A stretch of DNA of 64,000 nucleotides from a virus (Duplodnaviria; Caudoviricetes), in IMG/VR virus record IMGVR_UViG_3300028888_000053, positions 64,001 through 128,000 of that record. The stretch is one strand, 5' to 3'. A model generated the notes under the pieces. It was not told the DNA's origin. It was given only the letters and a program-made list of their open reading frames with translations, and did no database searches. Of this stretch, positions 41,689-51,839 are shown piece by piece (position 1 is the first letter of the stretch; each line of letters opens with the position of its first letter). The translations under genes were made by a program, and so were the position numbers.

Positions 41689-42279
41689 TTAATTTTTAAT
41701 ACTTTCAAAACGCTCTGTTAATTTAGTATTAACAACAGCAATAACTCTATTCTCATTAATCATCTCAAAACCTTGTCTGAAAAATGGAACGTTAACCATA
41801 GAAGTGTTGGTATAAAAAATAGTATCACCAGGTCTTATATACTCAGTCTTAGGACCAACTTCTACAACTTCTGCAACCGTGATAATACTCTTCTCTTCTT
41901 CTGTTTCTCCAGTTTCATTACTCTTATATGTAGGTTTATAACCTTCAATATCATAAATGAAACCAGATGCGCTTTTCTTAATCCTTTGGAAAGGATTCTC
42001 TTTAAACGGGCGTACTAAGATATTATTATTAATAACCTTTAATTCAAGGTCTGGCATAATATCATTAAGTTTCTCAGAAAACTTCTTTACTACATTTTCA
42101 TTATCAGCTAGTTTAGAGGTCATTTCATCTACTTTCTGATTGAATTTTTCACGAGCCTCCATTTCAAATAATTCCTGACTCGATTTGCCATTTACCTCAA
42201 AATGCTTTGCGTCACTCTCAATACCAGTTACCATTCTGGCTAATTTTTCATTTGATGTCTACAAATTTCCTTTTTCCAT
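41689..42279 (-). CDS. GroES (Cpn10)-like co-chaperonin with N-terminal extension
   Basis: LKVINNNILVRP..KSASGFIY..AEVVEVGP..IRPGDTIFY..INENRVIAV. Confidence 0.75.
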
Positions 42280-42307
42280 AATCATTATCATTTTTAATTG
42301 TTAAACA

Positions 42308-42577
42308 TTACCATTTACCGGCTGGACATACCTCATCAACAACTTTCGTTTTCCATGACAATTTACATCCACAACCTCTTTTCATTCCTCCTAAATTTTC
42401 TAAACTAACTTCACCCGTTTCTGGATTTAACCATAATTTACTATTGCACATTCCGTCAAACTTCTTAGAATATAAAGGACAGATTCTGCAAATCTACATT
42501 CTCTTTTCACTAATATCCATATTTAAATCGAGTGCGTCATTGACAATTCCTTTTACAATATGACCAACATTATACAT
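42308..42577 (-). CDS. Cys-rich zinc-binding protein
   Basis: 89 aa; RMQICRICP..C..GCGC..K..CPAGKW*. Confidence 0.7.
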
Positions 42578-42580
42578 ATT

Positions 42581-43480
42581 TCAATAAACAATAGGTTTTC
42601 GTCTCTCTCGTTTTTGATCTCTGATTAATTTCTTCCTATAGAAATCCAATATTCTTTTTACATCATCTTTTAAATAATCACAATGATATAATGTATTATT
42701 ACCTTTATAATCATAATGATTAATCATTAAGTCTTTAATGTGATAATCTTCATTTTGACTCTCTATCATAAAGGCATAAAAACTCAATTGCAATTGATAC
42801 AAATTATAATTGCAATTATCTAAATGGTTTACAGGATATAACATTTTTTGTGTATTATGCAAACCTTGATCGTAATACCCTTTAGTCTTTATGTCTTTTG
42901 TGAATTTATGATCTATTATATAAATATCATTATTATCTTTAATTAACAAATCAGCCTGACCAGCTATATTAATCATCTTATCGTCTGACGAATAGTTTAT
43001 CAAATACTCAGGATAAACTCCATTCTGTAAATCTGAGGCAGTATTCTCCCTATGATAGGTTAATTTACCGCCAATACCAAATTTAGTTAAATTAATATCG
43101 GTATCGTAGAAAGAACGCTCGAGGTCCGCATGCATTTTTGTCCCACGTTCGCGTGCGGACCTGTTGCTTTCTTCCCACTCATCTAAAATTCGTTGTTGTT
43201 CTCGATTAAAATCATTCTCCGATATGTCATATAGATCCAAAATCTTCTTATCGAAACGCTTAGAAGACAGTAACGACTTTTTCTCCATCTGCCACCTGTC
43301 TTTCGGGATTAATAACTCCAAGGCTTTTAAAGCACTATAGAATTCTTTATTAAAAGGTTGTTCAAATGAGTGGATCAAAGTGGTTACTGATATATATTTT
43401 AAATCTTCATCATTAGCATTCCAATAACAATGATTTTCGTCATTGTAACATATATCTCCGTTCTTTTTCGTGATGTCCAT
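42581..43480 (-). CDS. PD-(D/E)XK nuclease (RecB/Cas4-like exonuclease)
   Basis: YISVTT, RGTKMH, PE, IAGQADLL..IIDHK, YQLQLSFYA. Confidence 0.85.
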   Translation of the reverse strand: MDITKKNGDICYNDENHCYWNANDEDLKYISVTTLIHSFEQPFNKEFYSALKALELLIPKDRWQMEKKSLLSSKRFDKKILDLYDISENDFNREQQRILDEWEESNRSARERGTKMHADLERSFYDTDINLTKFGIGGKLTYHRENTASDLQNGVYPEYLINYSSDDKMINIAGQADLLIKDNNDIYIIDHKFTKDIKTKGYYDQGLHNTQKMLYPVNHLDNCNYNLYQLQLSFYAFMIESQNEDYHIKDLMINHYDYKGNNTLYHCDYLKDDVKRILDFYRKKLIRDQKRERRKPIVY

Positions 43481-43533
43481 AATACATATTCATTAACATG
43501 CTATGTAATCACAAAGAGCGGATTACATAGCGA

Positions 43534-43746
43534 TCATTTGTCTCTATATTTATATTTATAATGATAATCTATTCCGAGAATTGCACCAACAAAAGATAAT
43601 GCTTCTCCAAACGCTACAAGCACGGAACTATCTATGATTCCTAATGGAGGAGCAATAAAACCAAAAACAATTAAAAAACAACCTACTATCAACACCAATG
43701 AAGCTGATATCAGTTGAGCTTTAAATTGCAATTCAGTCTACTCCAT
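43534..43746 (-). CDS. Two-TM membrane protein (holin-like)
   Basis: PPLGIIDSSVLVAFGE between two TM helices, basic C-terminal tail. Confidence 0.55.
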
Positions 43747-43812
43747 GCAAACTCTAATTAATGTTAATATCTGTTATTAAATCTAAATAAAATAAAATAA
43801 TCTACAAATAAT

Positions 43813-43854
43813 TTGAATTACGGACATTATAATCTTATAATTCAGCAAAATCAA
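43813..43854. promoter_or_regulatory. Overlapping divergent promoters
   Basis: Plus strand TTGAAT-N17-TATAAT (43813-43841); minus strand TTGATT-N17-TATAAT (43854-43826); located between divergent genes. Confidence 0.65.
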
Positions 43855-43877
43855 ATATTTAATCTAATTAATTAATT

Positions 43878-44753
43878 ATGTACGAAAATCATGCATTAAA
43901 ACTCGTTCCGCGATACAAGAAAGGAAGTGGAATACATATAAAAGAATCTACTAAAGGAAGCTTTACCAAATACTGTAATGGTAAGGTTACTAATAAATGT
44001 ATATAGCGAGGCAAGAATAGTCCTGATCCAAAAATTAGAAAGAAGGCTATCTTTGCTTAGAATAGTAGAAAATGGAAACATTAGTTTGGTGGATTAATGT
44101 GGGCTGATGCTATGCAGTTTGATTATAATACCTTTTAGAAGTCAGGACTACCTGCTAGCCAACCTCATTCTACACAAATGGATATTGATGCTATAAATCA
44201 ATAGCTAGCTTAGAATATGGCTCAAAAACAAGCTGACATATAGACATAGAAATTAGAAGACCAAGCAATAAGCAAAGCTAATAACGAAAAAGCTGAAGGA
44301 TTAACTAATTCAATATTAGATGGAGGACAAAAAATTGCAATGTCATTTGCTAATGCTGCAGCAAATGCAAAACAGTTTAATAATCAAGCCGATCAAACAA
44401 AATTAGAAGAAACACTAAAAAATAAAGGCCTATTAGATAAATATAAAGCTGGAGAAATTACTGCCGCAGATGCTTATGCTAAAGCTGGAGGAACTAGGCT
44501 GAAGTTTAACTAGGATGGATCTTTACAATTACGCCAAATTAAACTTACTCCACAGCAACTCGCTCAACAGCAAAACGATCCAATGGCTTTGTTATAGCAA
44601 TTCATGCAATTTTATCAAGCTCAATCAGCTAAAAAAGGTGGAAAAATTAAAAATAAAAAAAGATTAATACCTAAAGTACATCAACCATTTGGACATGTAT
44701 CTGTACTTGACGATACTGGAGTTATTAATCCTAGAACTTTAAAATTAAAATAA
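43878..44753 (+). CDS. crAss-like putative virion protein with IHIK..CNGKVT..RKWKH domain
   Basis: With TAG=Gln, 291 aa; KLVPRYKKGSGIHIKE..FAQNSRKWKHQFGG...AKKGGKIKNKKRLIPKVHQ. Confidence 0.7.
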
Positions 44754-44754
44754 T

Positions 44755-45489
44755 ATGGCATTTAATACATGGGATATCGTTAGTTCATATAATAATAATA
44801 CAAATGTACCATATTCAGTATACTAGCAAGCAAATGATCCTGTAAGACATGTTAGAACACAAAAAAGTTTTCTTGATAATACACTGAATGGTAATGATAA
44901 ATTAGATAGATTCCTAAATTTAATGAGTCAAAGATTGTATGATTCGACTTCAACATAGTCTGCATCTTCTACAAGCACATCAAGTACTGATGATGAAGAT
45001 GATAATGTTCAATTAGAATCTGTTTATAATCTTGGTACTTAGAGCGTAGAAGAGGACGAAGGAACTAACGACGATAATAAAAAAAAAGAGCAGACTCTAA
45101 AGTATAATACAGCAAGTCAATATTATAATATGCCACTCGATAAACTTTTACAAGTTACTGGGTTGGATTCTATTGTAAATATAACTAGTCATACACGTTC
45201 TGATAAACATAATGCTGAAGTGGGAGGAGCTCAACATAGTTGGCATTTACAATCAAGAGCTTCCGCATCTGGACATATGGGAGCATATGATATTGTTCCT
45301 AAAAATGGTGATTTCAAACAGATGTTTGATGCACTTACTTCTAATGAAGCGTTTGTAGAATGGGCCAAGGCAAATAATTATAATATCAATGACGAAACTA
45401 ATAGGTCTGGATATGGAGCGCATTTACATTTAGCGCCAGACTGGTTCGTAGCAGGTAGTACAAAGTATAGAAAGAAATATACATCATGA
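44755..45489 (+). CDS. Peptidase M15 (Zn peptidoglycan peptidase) with acidic N-terminal extension
   Basis: ITSHTR..HNAEVGGAQHSWH..AYD..HLH. The frame is open from ATG 44755 with TAG=Gln. Confidence 0.8.
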
Positions 45490-45734
45490 AAAAGTTTTTT
45501 AATGAACTGTTATCCTCTGGAATTACTCATCGTATTTCTTCTAAAAGAGTTTGTGGAATTCTTGGATGGTTAACAATATTAATATTAATTATATTATCAA
45601 CATTATATGGACTTGAAATTCCAAGTATAGCTGATACATTTTTATTCTGTTGTATGGGATTGCTTGGAATTGAGTCTGTAACAGCAATTTGGAATAAACC
45701 TAAAAATAATAATTTTAAAGACGAAGAACTATGA
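45486..45734 (+). CDS. Holin-like two-TM protein
   Basis: ISSKRVCGILGW.. with two TM helices; ATGA overlap with the M15 peptidase. Confidence 0.6.
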   Translation: MKKFFNELLSSGITHRISSKRVCGILGWLTILILIILSTLYGLEIPSIADTFLFCCMGLLGIESVTAIWNKPKNNNFKDEEL

Positions 45735-45790
45735 GTAAATTTAGAGATGCCTATTGACAAATTATAAGTGGAGGCATTCAATATTAACAT

Positions 45791-45833
45791 AATAAACCCC
45801 GACTTCAATAAAATGAGGCCGGGGTTCTTTATT
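45791..45833. terminator. Bidirectional intrinsic terminator
   Basis: aaaccccgacttca-ataaaa-tgaggccggggtt between convergent genes. Confidence 0.7.
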
Positions 45834-45868
45834 TAATTGACATTATGAAGAAAGTTGTTTTTCAAATT

Positions 45869-46051
45869 TTATTTTCCAATTCCATATGATTCATAATAAT
45901 ATACATTATTTAACGGAGCATAACAAATTTTTACTGCACTCTTTGCTTTGTCTTTAAATTCTTTTGGAATAAAAATTTTATTATACTGATAAAGTTCTTC
46001 CACATTAGGCTTTAATGCCTATTCTAAAGTTAACACTAAAACATTTTCCAT
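45869..46051 (-). CDS. Small hypothetical protein
   Basis: 60 aa with one TAG=Gln. Confidence 0.45.
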
Positions 46052-46052
46052 A

Positions 46053-46244
46053 TTACTTAACACTGATTTTATTTAATTCGTCCTGCCAATCAAGGAAATG
46101 CTGATCATTTTCAAACTCTAGCTATCTCGCAAAATTATCAATGAAGTTAGCTTCTTTTATACTTCGTTTAAATGCCTTACATAACATTTTAATCTTATGA
46201 CGGCGACGAATCAGTTTATACTTTTCTTTAATCTTCTTCAACAT
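46053..46244 (-). CDS. Small basic hypothetical protein
   Basis: 63 aa with one TAG=Gln. Confidence 0.45.
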
Positions 46245-46419
46245 AAATCACTCCTGGTTCTCTAATGTCAATAGCTACAAAATCTCTAGCTTCACGCTCA
46301 TTCTTCATAACCATTTCTTGAGTTAAAATTTCTCCTGTATTGGAGTCAAAAATTTTTCTAATTACTTTGTTTCCAACTGCTCGCATATTCCATATATTCA
46401 TTAATCCAATGTAGCTCAT
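46228..46419 (-). CDS. Small hypothetical protein (start uncertain)
   Basis: ORF track; may start at a downstream Met. Confidence 0.4.
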   Translation of the reverse strand: MSYIGLMNIWNMRAVGNKVIRKIFDSNTGEILTQEMVMKNEREARDFVAIDIREPGVIYVEED

Positions 46420-46514
46420 TATCTCTTACATTATGTCCAATCTAAATAGCATAATTTAAAAAATCTGTTAAAGACATTAGTCCATTATATACAATTTCGG
46501 AAGGTACTAAATCA

Positions 46515-46802
46515 TCAATTTTCATAAATCATCCAATCATTAATGTTAAAACCTTTTATCCCAATACCTAATTCATTATTATAAATCATATTATTTAAAT
46601 TATCATAAATAGATATTATAATTTCATTAGTGTATTTATTCTTAAAAAAATAATAAGGAATATCTTCTAATTCTTTTGGTTTTTGAGTTAAATCTTCATC
46701 ATACTCAATAATCTCAACATCTTCTAATGATATTCCAAGTTTTCTTAACTTTTTCTCCAAATGTACTGGAGAATATATTTTCCCTTTATATTTAAATTTC
46801 AT
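46515..46802 (-). CDS. Hypothetical protein
   Basis: 95-aa ORF immediately after the tRNA. Confidence 0.6.
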   Translation of the reverse strand: MKFKYKGKIYSPVHLEKKLRKLGISLEDVEIIEYDEDLTQKPKELEDIPYYFFKNKYTNEIIISIYDNLNNMIYNNELGIGIKGFNINDWMIYEN

Positions 46803-46814
46803 AAGCTTTTAATG

Positions 46815-46890
46815 TTGGGGTAGTGGGAGTCGAACCCACTTTAACACGGGGTTAGAGCCCGCTGCATGAGAACCGTAATGCTGCACCCCA
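46815..46890 (-). tRNA. Amber suppressor tRNA (anticodon CUA), tRNA-Gln-like
   Basis: Acceptor TGGGGTG/TACCCCA; D-arm GCAT/ATGC; anticodon arm GCGGG-CTCTAAC-CCCGT (CTA at 46855-46853); T-arm GTGGG-TTCGACT-CCCAC; no encoded CCA. Confidence 0.92.
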
Positions 46891-46899
46891 ATCACTATA

Positions 46900-47352
46900 T
46901 TAAACTTTTTGTATTTGCTTTCTTAACCCCTCAATTTTATTATCTATTACTGTATTGACGCATCGTTTAAATGTATCTGTTCCTCTTTTAATAAGTTTAA
47001 AATCAATCGCCTTATCAAAAGCTTTACTTAATTCATTTAAAGAAATAGGACTGTGTTTTGAATATAATTCACAAGTCTCTTGAAAGACTTCATCACTAAT
47101 AGCATCAATATCTTTCTTAAACTGTTCCACATGAGCATTAATAGCATTTTTAATTGCTACAGCTCTTTGTTCTGCACTATTCTATGTTTCTGGCTGATCT
47201 TTTAAACCAGATACTTCAGGAGTATATCCAGATGTCATCCGAATAGAATATCCATGATCAGTAATGTCATAATTAATTGTAGTATCACCAACTACCAACT
47301 AACCCTTACCAGGCTTTAACTGTTTTAACTGTTGTATTAATTCATGTATCAT
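46900..47352 (-). CDS. Hypothetical protein upstream of suppressor tRNA
   Basis: With TAG=Gln, 150 aa. Confidence 0.6.
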
Positions 47353-47398
47353 ATTAGTAAAATTTAACGTTATTAATTTGTTTATTTTATCTAATGCA

Positions 47399-47426
47399 AT
47401 TATAAACAAATTTTCAAAAAATGCAA
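47399..47426 (-). promoter_or_regulatory. Promoter TTGCAT-N16-TATAAT driving the tRNA-containing operon
   Basis: Same motif family as the other late promoters. Confidence 0.5.
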
Positions 47427-47473
47427 GTTTAATATAGTTAAGAATTGTTAAAATGATTGTTAAAAAAGATTAA

Positions 47474-49150
47474 TCAATGTATGTTCTCAAGAAAATCGCT
47501 GTTTTCATCAATAATTCTTTTTATAAAAGCCATATAGTCTTTTTTAACTATTTGTAACTACTATTCTTTTACTTTAGGATCTCCATTAAAATTCTACCAT
47601 TTCCACTATCTTCTATTTAAATTGACATATTCTTTTTCCTACTATGACGTTAGACGGTTATTTTCTCTTATTAACTCAAATTTTTTCTAATTTGACAGTC
47701 CTTCTGGTCTTCCTCTTTTTGGCTTTGATGCATTCTAAACAGTTTCTTCATTTTTCAAGTCTTTATTAATACGCTGTTTTGTTATAGACTACAAATGTAA
47801 ATCATCATCAAATTTATCTTCTGGCTTTACTTTATATGAAGTTTCTACAACTTTAACAGTTCCCTAACCAGGTGTATACATTGTTGTTTCTGTTACTTGC
47901 TACTATGTAGGAGTAATCACTCTAATATTTGGATCAGCCTATGCATTTCCAAAATAAGGTCTTATCTTATGACCTTTTAAAACTTCATATTTTTTTCCAT
48001 TACGCTCAATAATACTTCCAACTGGAATTGCACTTGTTTGATTAGTTTTCGGAACTAAAGTAGGAATAGTAACTGGAGTTTCAGCAGCTCTTAAAGGCGT
48101 AACAATTGGTTCTGGCCGAGATCCAATAAGCTTTCTACCATCAATACTACCAATCATATCCAAATAAGCAGTTGATGCAGCAGGATCTTTTCCAATTAAT
48201 TCCATCATTTCTGGATCTTCTGCAATAAATTCAGACCATACTGGCTATTTTAATCCCTATTCTGCCAAAGACAAAGATGTATTATCTAATACTTCTTGCC
48301 TAGCAGGATTACCAAACCAATTGCGGAAATTATCAAAGTGACCAACAAGTCTTTGTAATACTGGTAATTCCGTAGCTCTTTCTGCAATTCTTTGCATTCC
48401 CTTCTTTGTTACAGCGCCAGCAGCTTTACGTACCAAACCACCAACCTAATATTTTCTTTTAAAATTATTAATTGGACCACCATGCTTTTTAGCTTCAATT
48501 CTTGGACGTAAAGATTCTGTTCTACCTCCATAGGTAACAGATGAAGGACTAATAACTGTGGCTGGAATATTACTTCCTGTTACATTTTTAACAGTTGGTT
48601 TTAAATAATATGGAATTTGTTTAATATTACGTACTATATTATTAAATCCTTTTCTCCAAGATTTACCAGCAATCCAAATTCCTGGATTGGTAAAATTTGC
48701 AACGATTGGATTAATATCAAGTTGTTCGCTAACAAATTCATTCCATGGTTTGCCAGTAACTTTTGTTGTAAGAGAATCCACACCAGCTCCAAGAATTTCA
48801 GCTTTAGCTAAAGGTTTTGCAACCCAGCCAATATTTTTCCCTAACTACATTACTCCATTTGTTAAACTAGACGCAGAAGTCAAACCTCTGCCCAATGGAT
48901 GTAATAAGCCAATTACAGTAGCAGCGCCCGCTGTGGCTAAAGGTAATGATACTGGCTATTCGCCACTAAGCTAAGATCCTATTGAACCAACTAATTCGTC
49001 GCTTTTTCTACGTATCCAACTACGATTTGCCGGTTCGATTTTTGCATCATGGTATTCTTCCGCATTAAACTTTGGATCAATATAAGTTGTAATATTAAGT
49101 ACTCCAGATGGATTCTAATGTTTTTTAATTAGTTTTTTCATTTTTGTCAT
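47474..49150 (-). CDS. Leader-bearing cargo protein (MKKLIKKHQNPSG), NPG domain, internal KKHGG..KYQVGG
   Basis: With TAG=Gln, 558 aa; joins fragments 48446-48781 and 47939-48208. Confidence 0.7.
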
Positions 49151-49164
49151 TATTTATATTGCAA

Positions 49165-49965
49165 TTATTTATTCTAAAAAGATTTATTACGTAGCTCTAA
49201 TACTTCTTGTAATTTTTGTAAACCAATTTGATTTCCACTCCTCTTTGCTCGTTCTACTGCTGTATCAATAGCTTCCTAAGGCATTTCCTTAACATTTTCT
49301 GGAGTTATAAATCCTGTATCCATTGTTTTAACATATCTAGCAAATGGCATTAAATCATACGGCTTTTCCATATGATGATATATAGCCTGTATAACATCTT
49401 CTGAAGCATCAGGAAAAACCTAACTTACTAAAGAAGCACCAATAGGACCATGCCCGTCGCCAGATAATAATTTGCCAGCATCATGTAATAATGATGCGGA
49501 TACAGCATCTTGCTTAGAATAACCATTAGGCTATGTTACCGCAAATGCGCGTTTTGTTACTAATTTGGAATGATCCCATGTCGTAGGATCATTAAAATGC
49601 CATGCTGGATTTTCTAATCTTAGCTAAGCAGGATATATACCAGTTTTACCATACTATGTCTACAAGCCACTAACCACTTCATTCATGATAGATCGTACTT
49701 TATATGGATTAACTATACCATTCTAGTCAACTATTTCAGAAATTGAATGAGTTGGCCCTGTATATGGTATATAAGTATTGCCAGAAGCTAATCTTGACTA
49801 TTCTACATTAAATGGCATATTACGTTTATGAATCGGTAACTTAGTTTCTCCAATAACTCGCATCATAGAATAAGGATATTGCTTTTTAAACATATATGCA
49901 AGAATTGGTTTACGAATTAACTTAGTTAAAAATCCAGTATAGCCTTTTCTAATTAATTTTTTCAT
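49165..49965 (-). CDS. Leader-bearing HD-domain phosphohydrolase (MKKLIRKGYTG)
   Basis: With TAG=Gln, 266 aa; WH..TWDHSKLV..SLLHDAGK..GHGPIGA..AIYHHM..MD. Confidence 0.85.
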
Positions 49966-50010
49966 AGTATTATTTTTAAAATATTTAATACATTATCGTT
50001 TATTTTACAC

Positions 50011-50039
50011 ATTATATATCTTATTATTTGAAAAATCAA
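50011..50039 (-). promoter_or_regulatory. Promoter TTGATT-N17-TATAAT
   Basis: Upstream of the HD gene. Confidence 0.6.
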
Positions 50040-50099
50040 GTATTTATATTTAAAATTGAATTTATTAAAATATAATACTCATTTTATAAAAATAACATA

Positions 50100-50426
50100 A
50101 TGGAAGAAGATATAAAATATAATTCAAAAGAATGGAATGACGCTTATTTAAATTCTAATATTCATCGATTATATTCTAAAGACAAGCCGCTATCTCCACA
50201 AGATCCATTAGTAATGGCGTTTCTACCATGGAAAAAACTTGGAAAACTAGGAGCTTTATTTGGAATTAAAAAACTATCAGATAATGCATATGATGCATAT
50301 CAAAAACGTTTGTAGGATAAAGAGGTCTCAGAATAGAAAAATAAAAAGAGGTTATTACCAAAAATAAAATTTTGGCAAGATGCTAATCTTTTAAAATATC
50401 CTATTACATATGAAATTAATTAGTAA
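50100..50426 (+). CDS. Hypothetical protein
   Basis: With TAG=Gln extends to TAA at 50426 (108 aa). Confidence 0.55.
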
Positions 50427-50736
50427 AATAATACACTTCTTTAATTTTATTCCTAAACTTAATTATATAGAATACAATAACAACTTAGAAAAAGAATTAC
50501 AAGAATATTTTTTAAATGGGATAAAATACTCTGATTATATTCTAGACAAATTTTTACCTTATATATTATATAAATGTAAATTAAAAGGTCTCTATCCTAC
50601 AAGGCACGAAATTAGTAAATATTTAAAAAAAGAAATATCTTTTGATTAGATTAGAAGTAAATGGCAGGAATTTGAGTAGAGTAATCAAACAGCTGAAGAT
50701 TATAATCACATTATAATTAATGGATGTCATTATTAA
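50410..50736 (+). CDS. Hypothetical protein
   Basis: With TAG=Gln extends to TAA at 50736 (108 aa), ending just before the terminator. Confidence 0.55.
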
Positions 50737-50755
50737 TTAGATAATAAAATAAAAA

Positions 50756-50793
50756 AAATAAAGCCAGGCTAAATTAATAGTCTGGCTTTATTT
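50756..50793. terminator. Bidirectional intrinsic terminator
   Basis: aaataaagccaggcta-aattaa-tagtctggctttattt. Confidence 0.8.
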
Positions 50794-50796
50794 GTA

Positions 50797-51318
50797 TTAT
50801 TTCTTAATAAAACTAGTTCCTTCAAATTCTCTAATCTCCCCTGTCTTACTATCTTTATATTGTAATACACCTTTACTACCAGGTATAAATCTTGGATCTC
50901 TACTTAACTTCTATAATCCAGCAACAGTTCCTCTTGTTGCATAATTACCAGGACCAGATTGTGGAAATAATATTTCAGCTCCTTCTGGTAATTCATCATA
51001 TAAAGCATCAAATAACTATTGCTTTTCCTCCTATGTAATTGTTGCTGGAACTTTATTCTACACATCATCCCAAGTTCTTATATGAACATAGAACTTATTA
51101 TTTCCTTGAGGTTCTAATACAATCTATCTTGGTTGTACATTAGTACTACCTGGTAAAGATAATCTTATCTTTCCATTACTCTATACTTGTTTTGTTACAG
51201 CTGACTTAGGAGTTGATTTAATTAACTTTGGTAATTCTTTAGCAACCTTAGGAGTAATGCGGTTTATGATTTCACCAATAATTTTACCGCGTTGATTCTT
51301 TGGAATTAAGTGTTTCAT
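50797..51318 (-). CDS. Leader-bearing cargo protein (MKHLIPKNQRG), alpha/beta payload, possibly GNAT-like
   Basis: With TAG=Gln, 173 aa; TAATG-coupled to the upstream gene. The fold guess is weak. Confidence 0.7.
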
Positions 51319-51839
51319 TATCGAATAAGATCAATTTCAACATTTGGGTCATTTATGCGTTCTGGGTGGTTTGTATATATATACCTAGGTATTTTGTAGC
51401 CATTCCGGATCTATAATGATGGATAAGGCTAAATTGGAGTCAATGGAATAACATCTCCAATTTCAGTTTGTGGTATATCTATCCACTCAGGAACATTATC
51501 AAGTTGAGTTGTACGTAATGTTTTATAAAGATTTTCTGTATATGGTAATAACACCATATCGTTGTCCAAAGATACTGGGCCAACAATACCAAAAGTTTCA
51601 GTTTGCGGCTACTCTATTGATTTTACATATCGAAATGATTGATATGGAGCAGTTTTAGAAACAACAGCGTCAGTTGCCTATACAACAGCTTTTGGATTGT
51701 TTGATTTTGGAGTTTTCGACGCACGGGCTAGGATATATTTAATTACCTTCTATGCCGTTGGTGCCAATTCTTTGCTTACAATTGGAGCAGCCTTTCGTAC
51801 GATAGCTCCTGCTTGATGTTTTGGAATTAATTTTTTCAT
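51318..51839 (-). CDS. Leader-bearing cargo protein (MKKLIPKHQAG), unknown payload
   Basis: With TAG=Gln, 173 aa; ATGA-coupled. Confidence 0.7.

Noticed and set aside
4329-48974. Plus-strand ORF-track entries such as 4329-4664, 16157-16399, 17021-17401, 19374-19859, 28854-29099, 35411-35662, 41773-42139, 48617-48974
   Set aside because: Antisense shadows of long minus-strand genes with no recognisable motifs.
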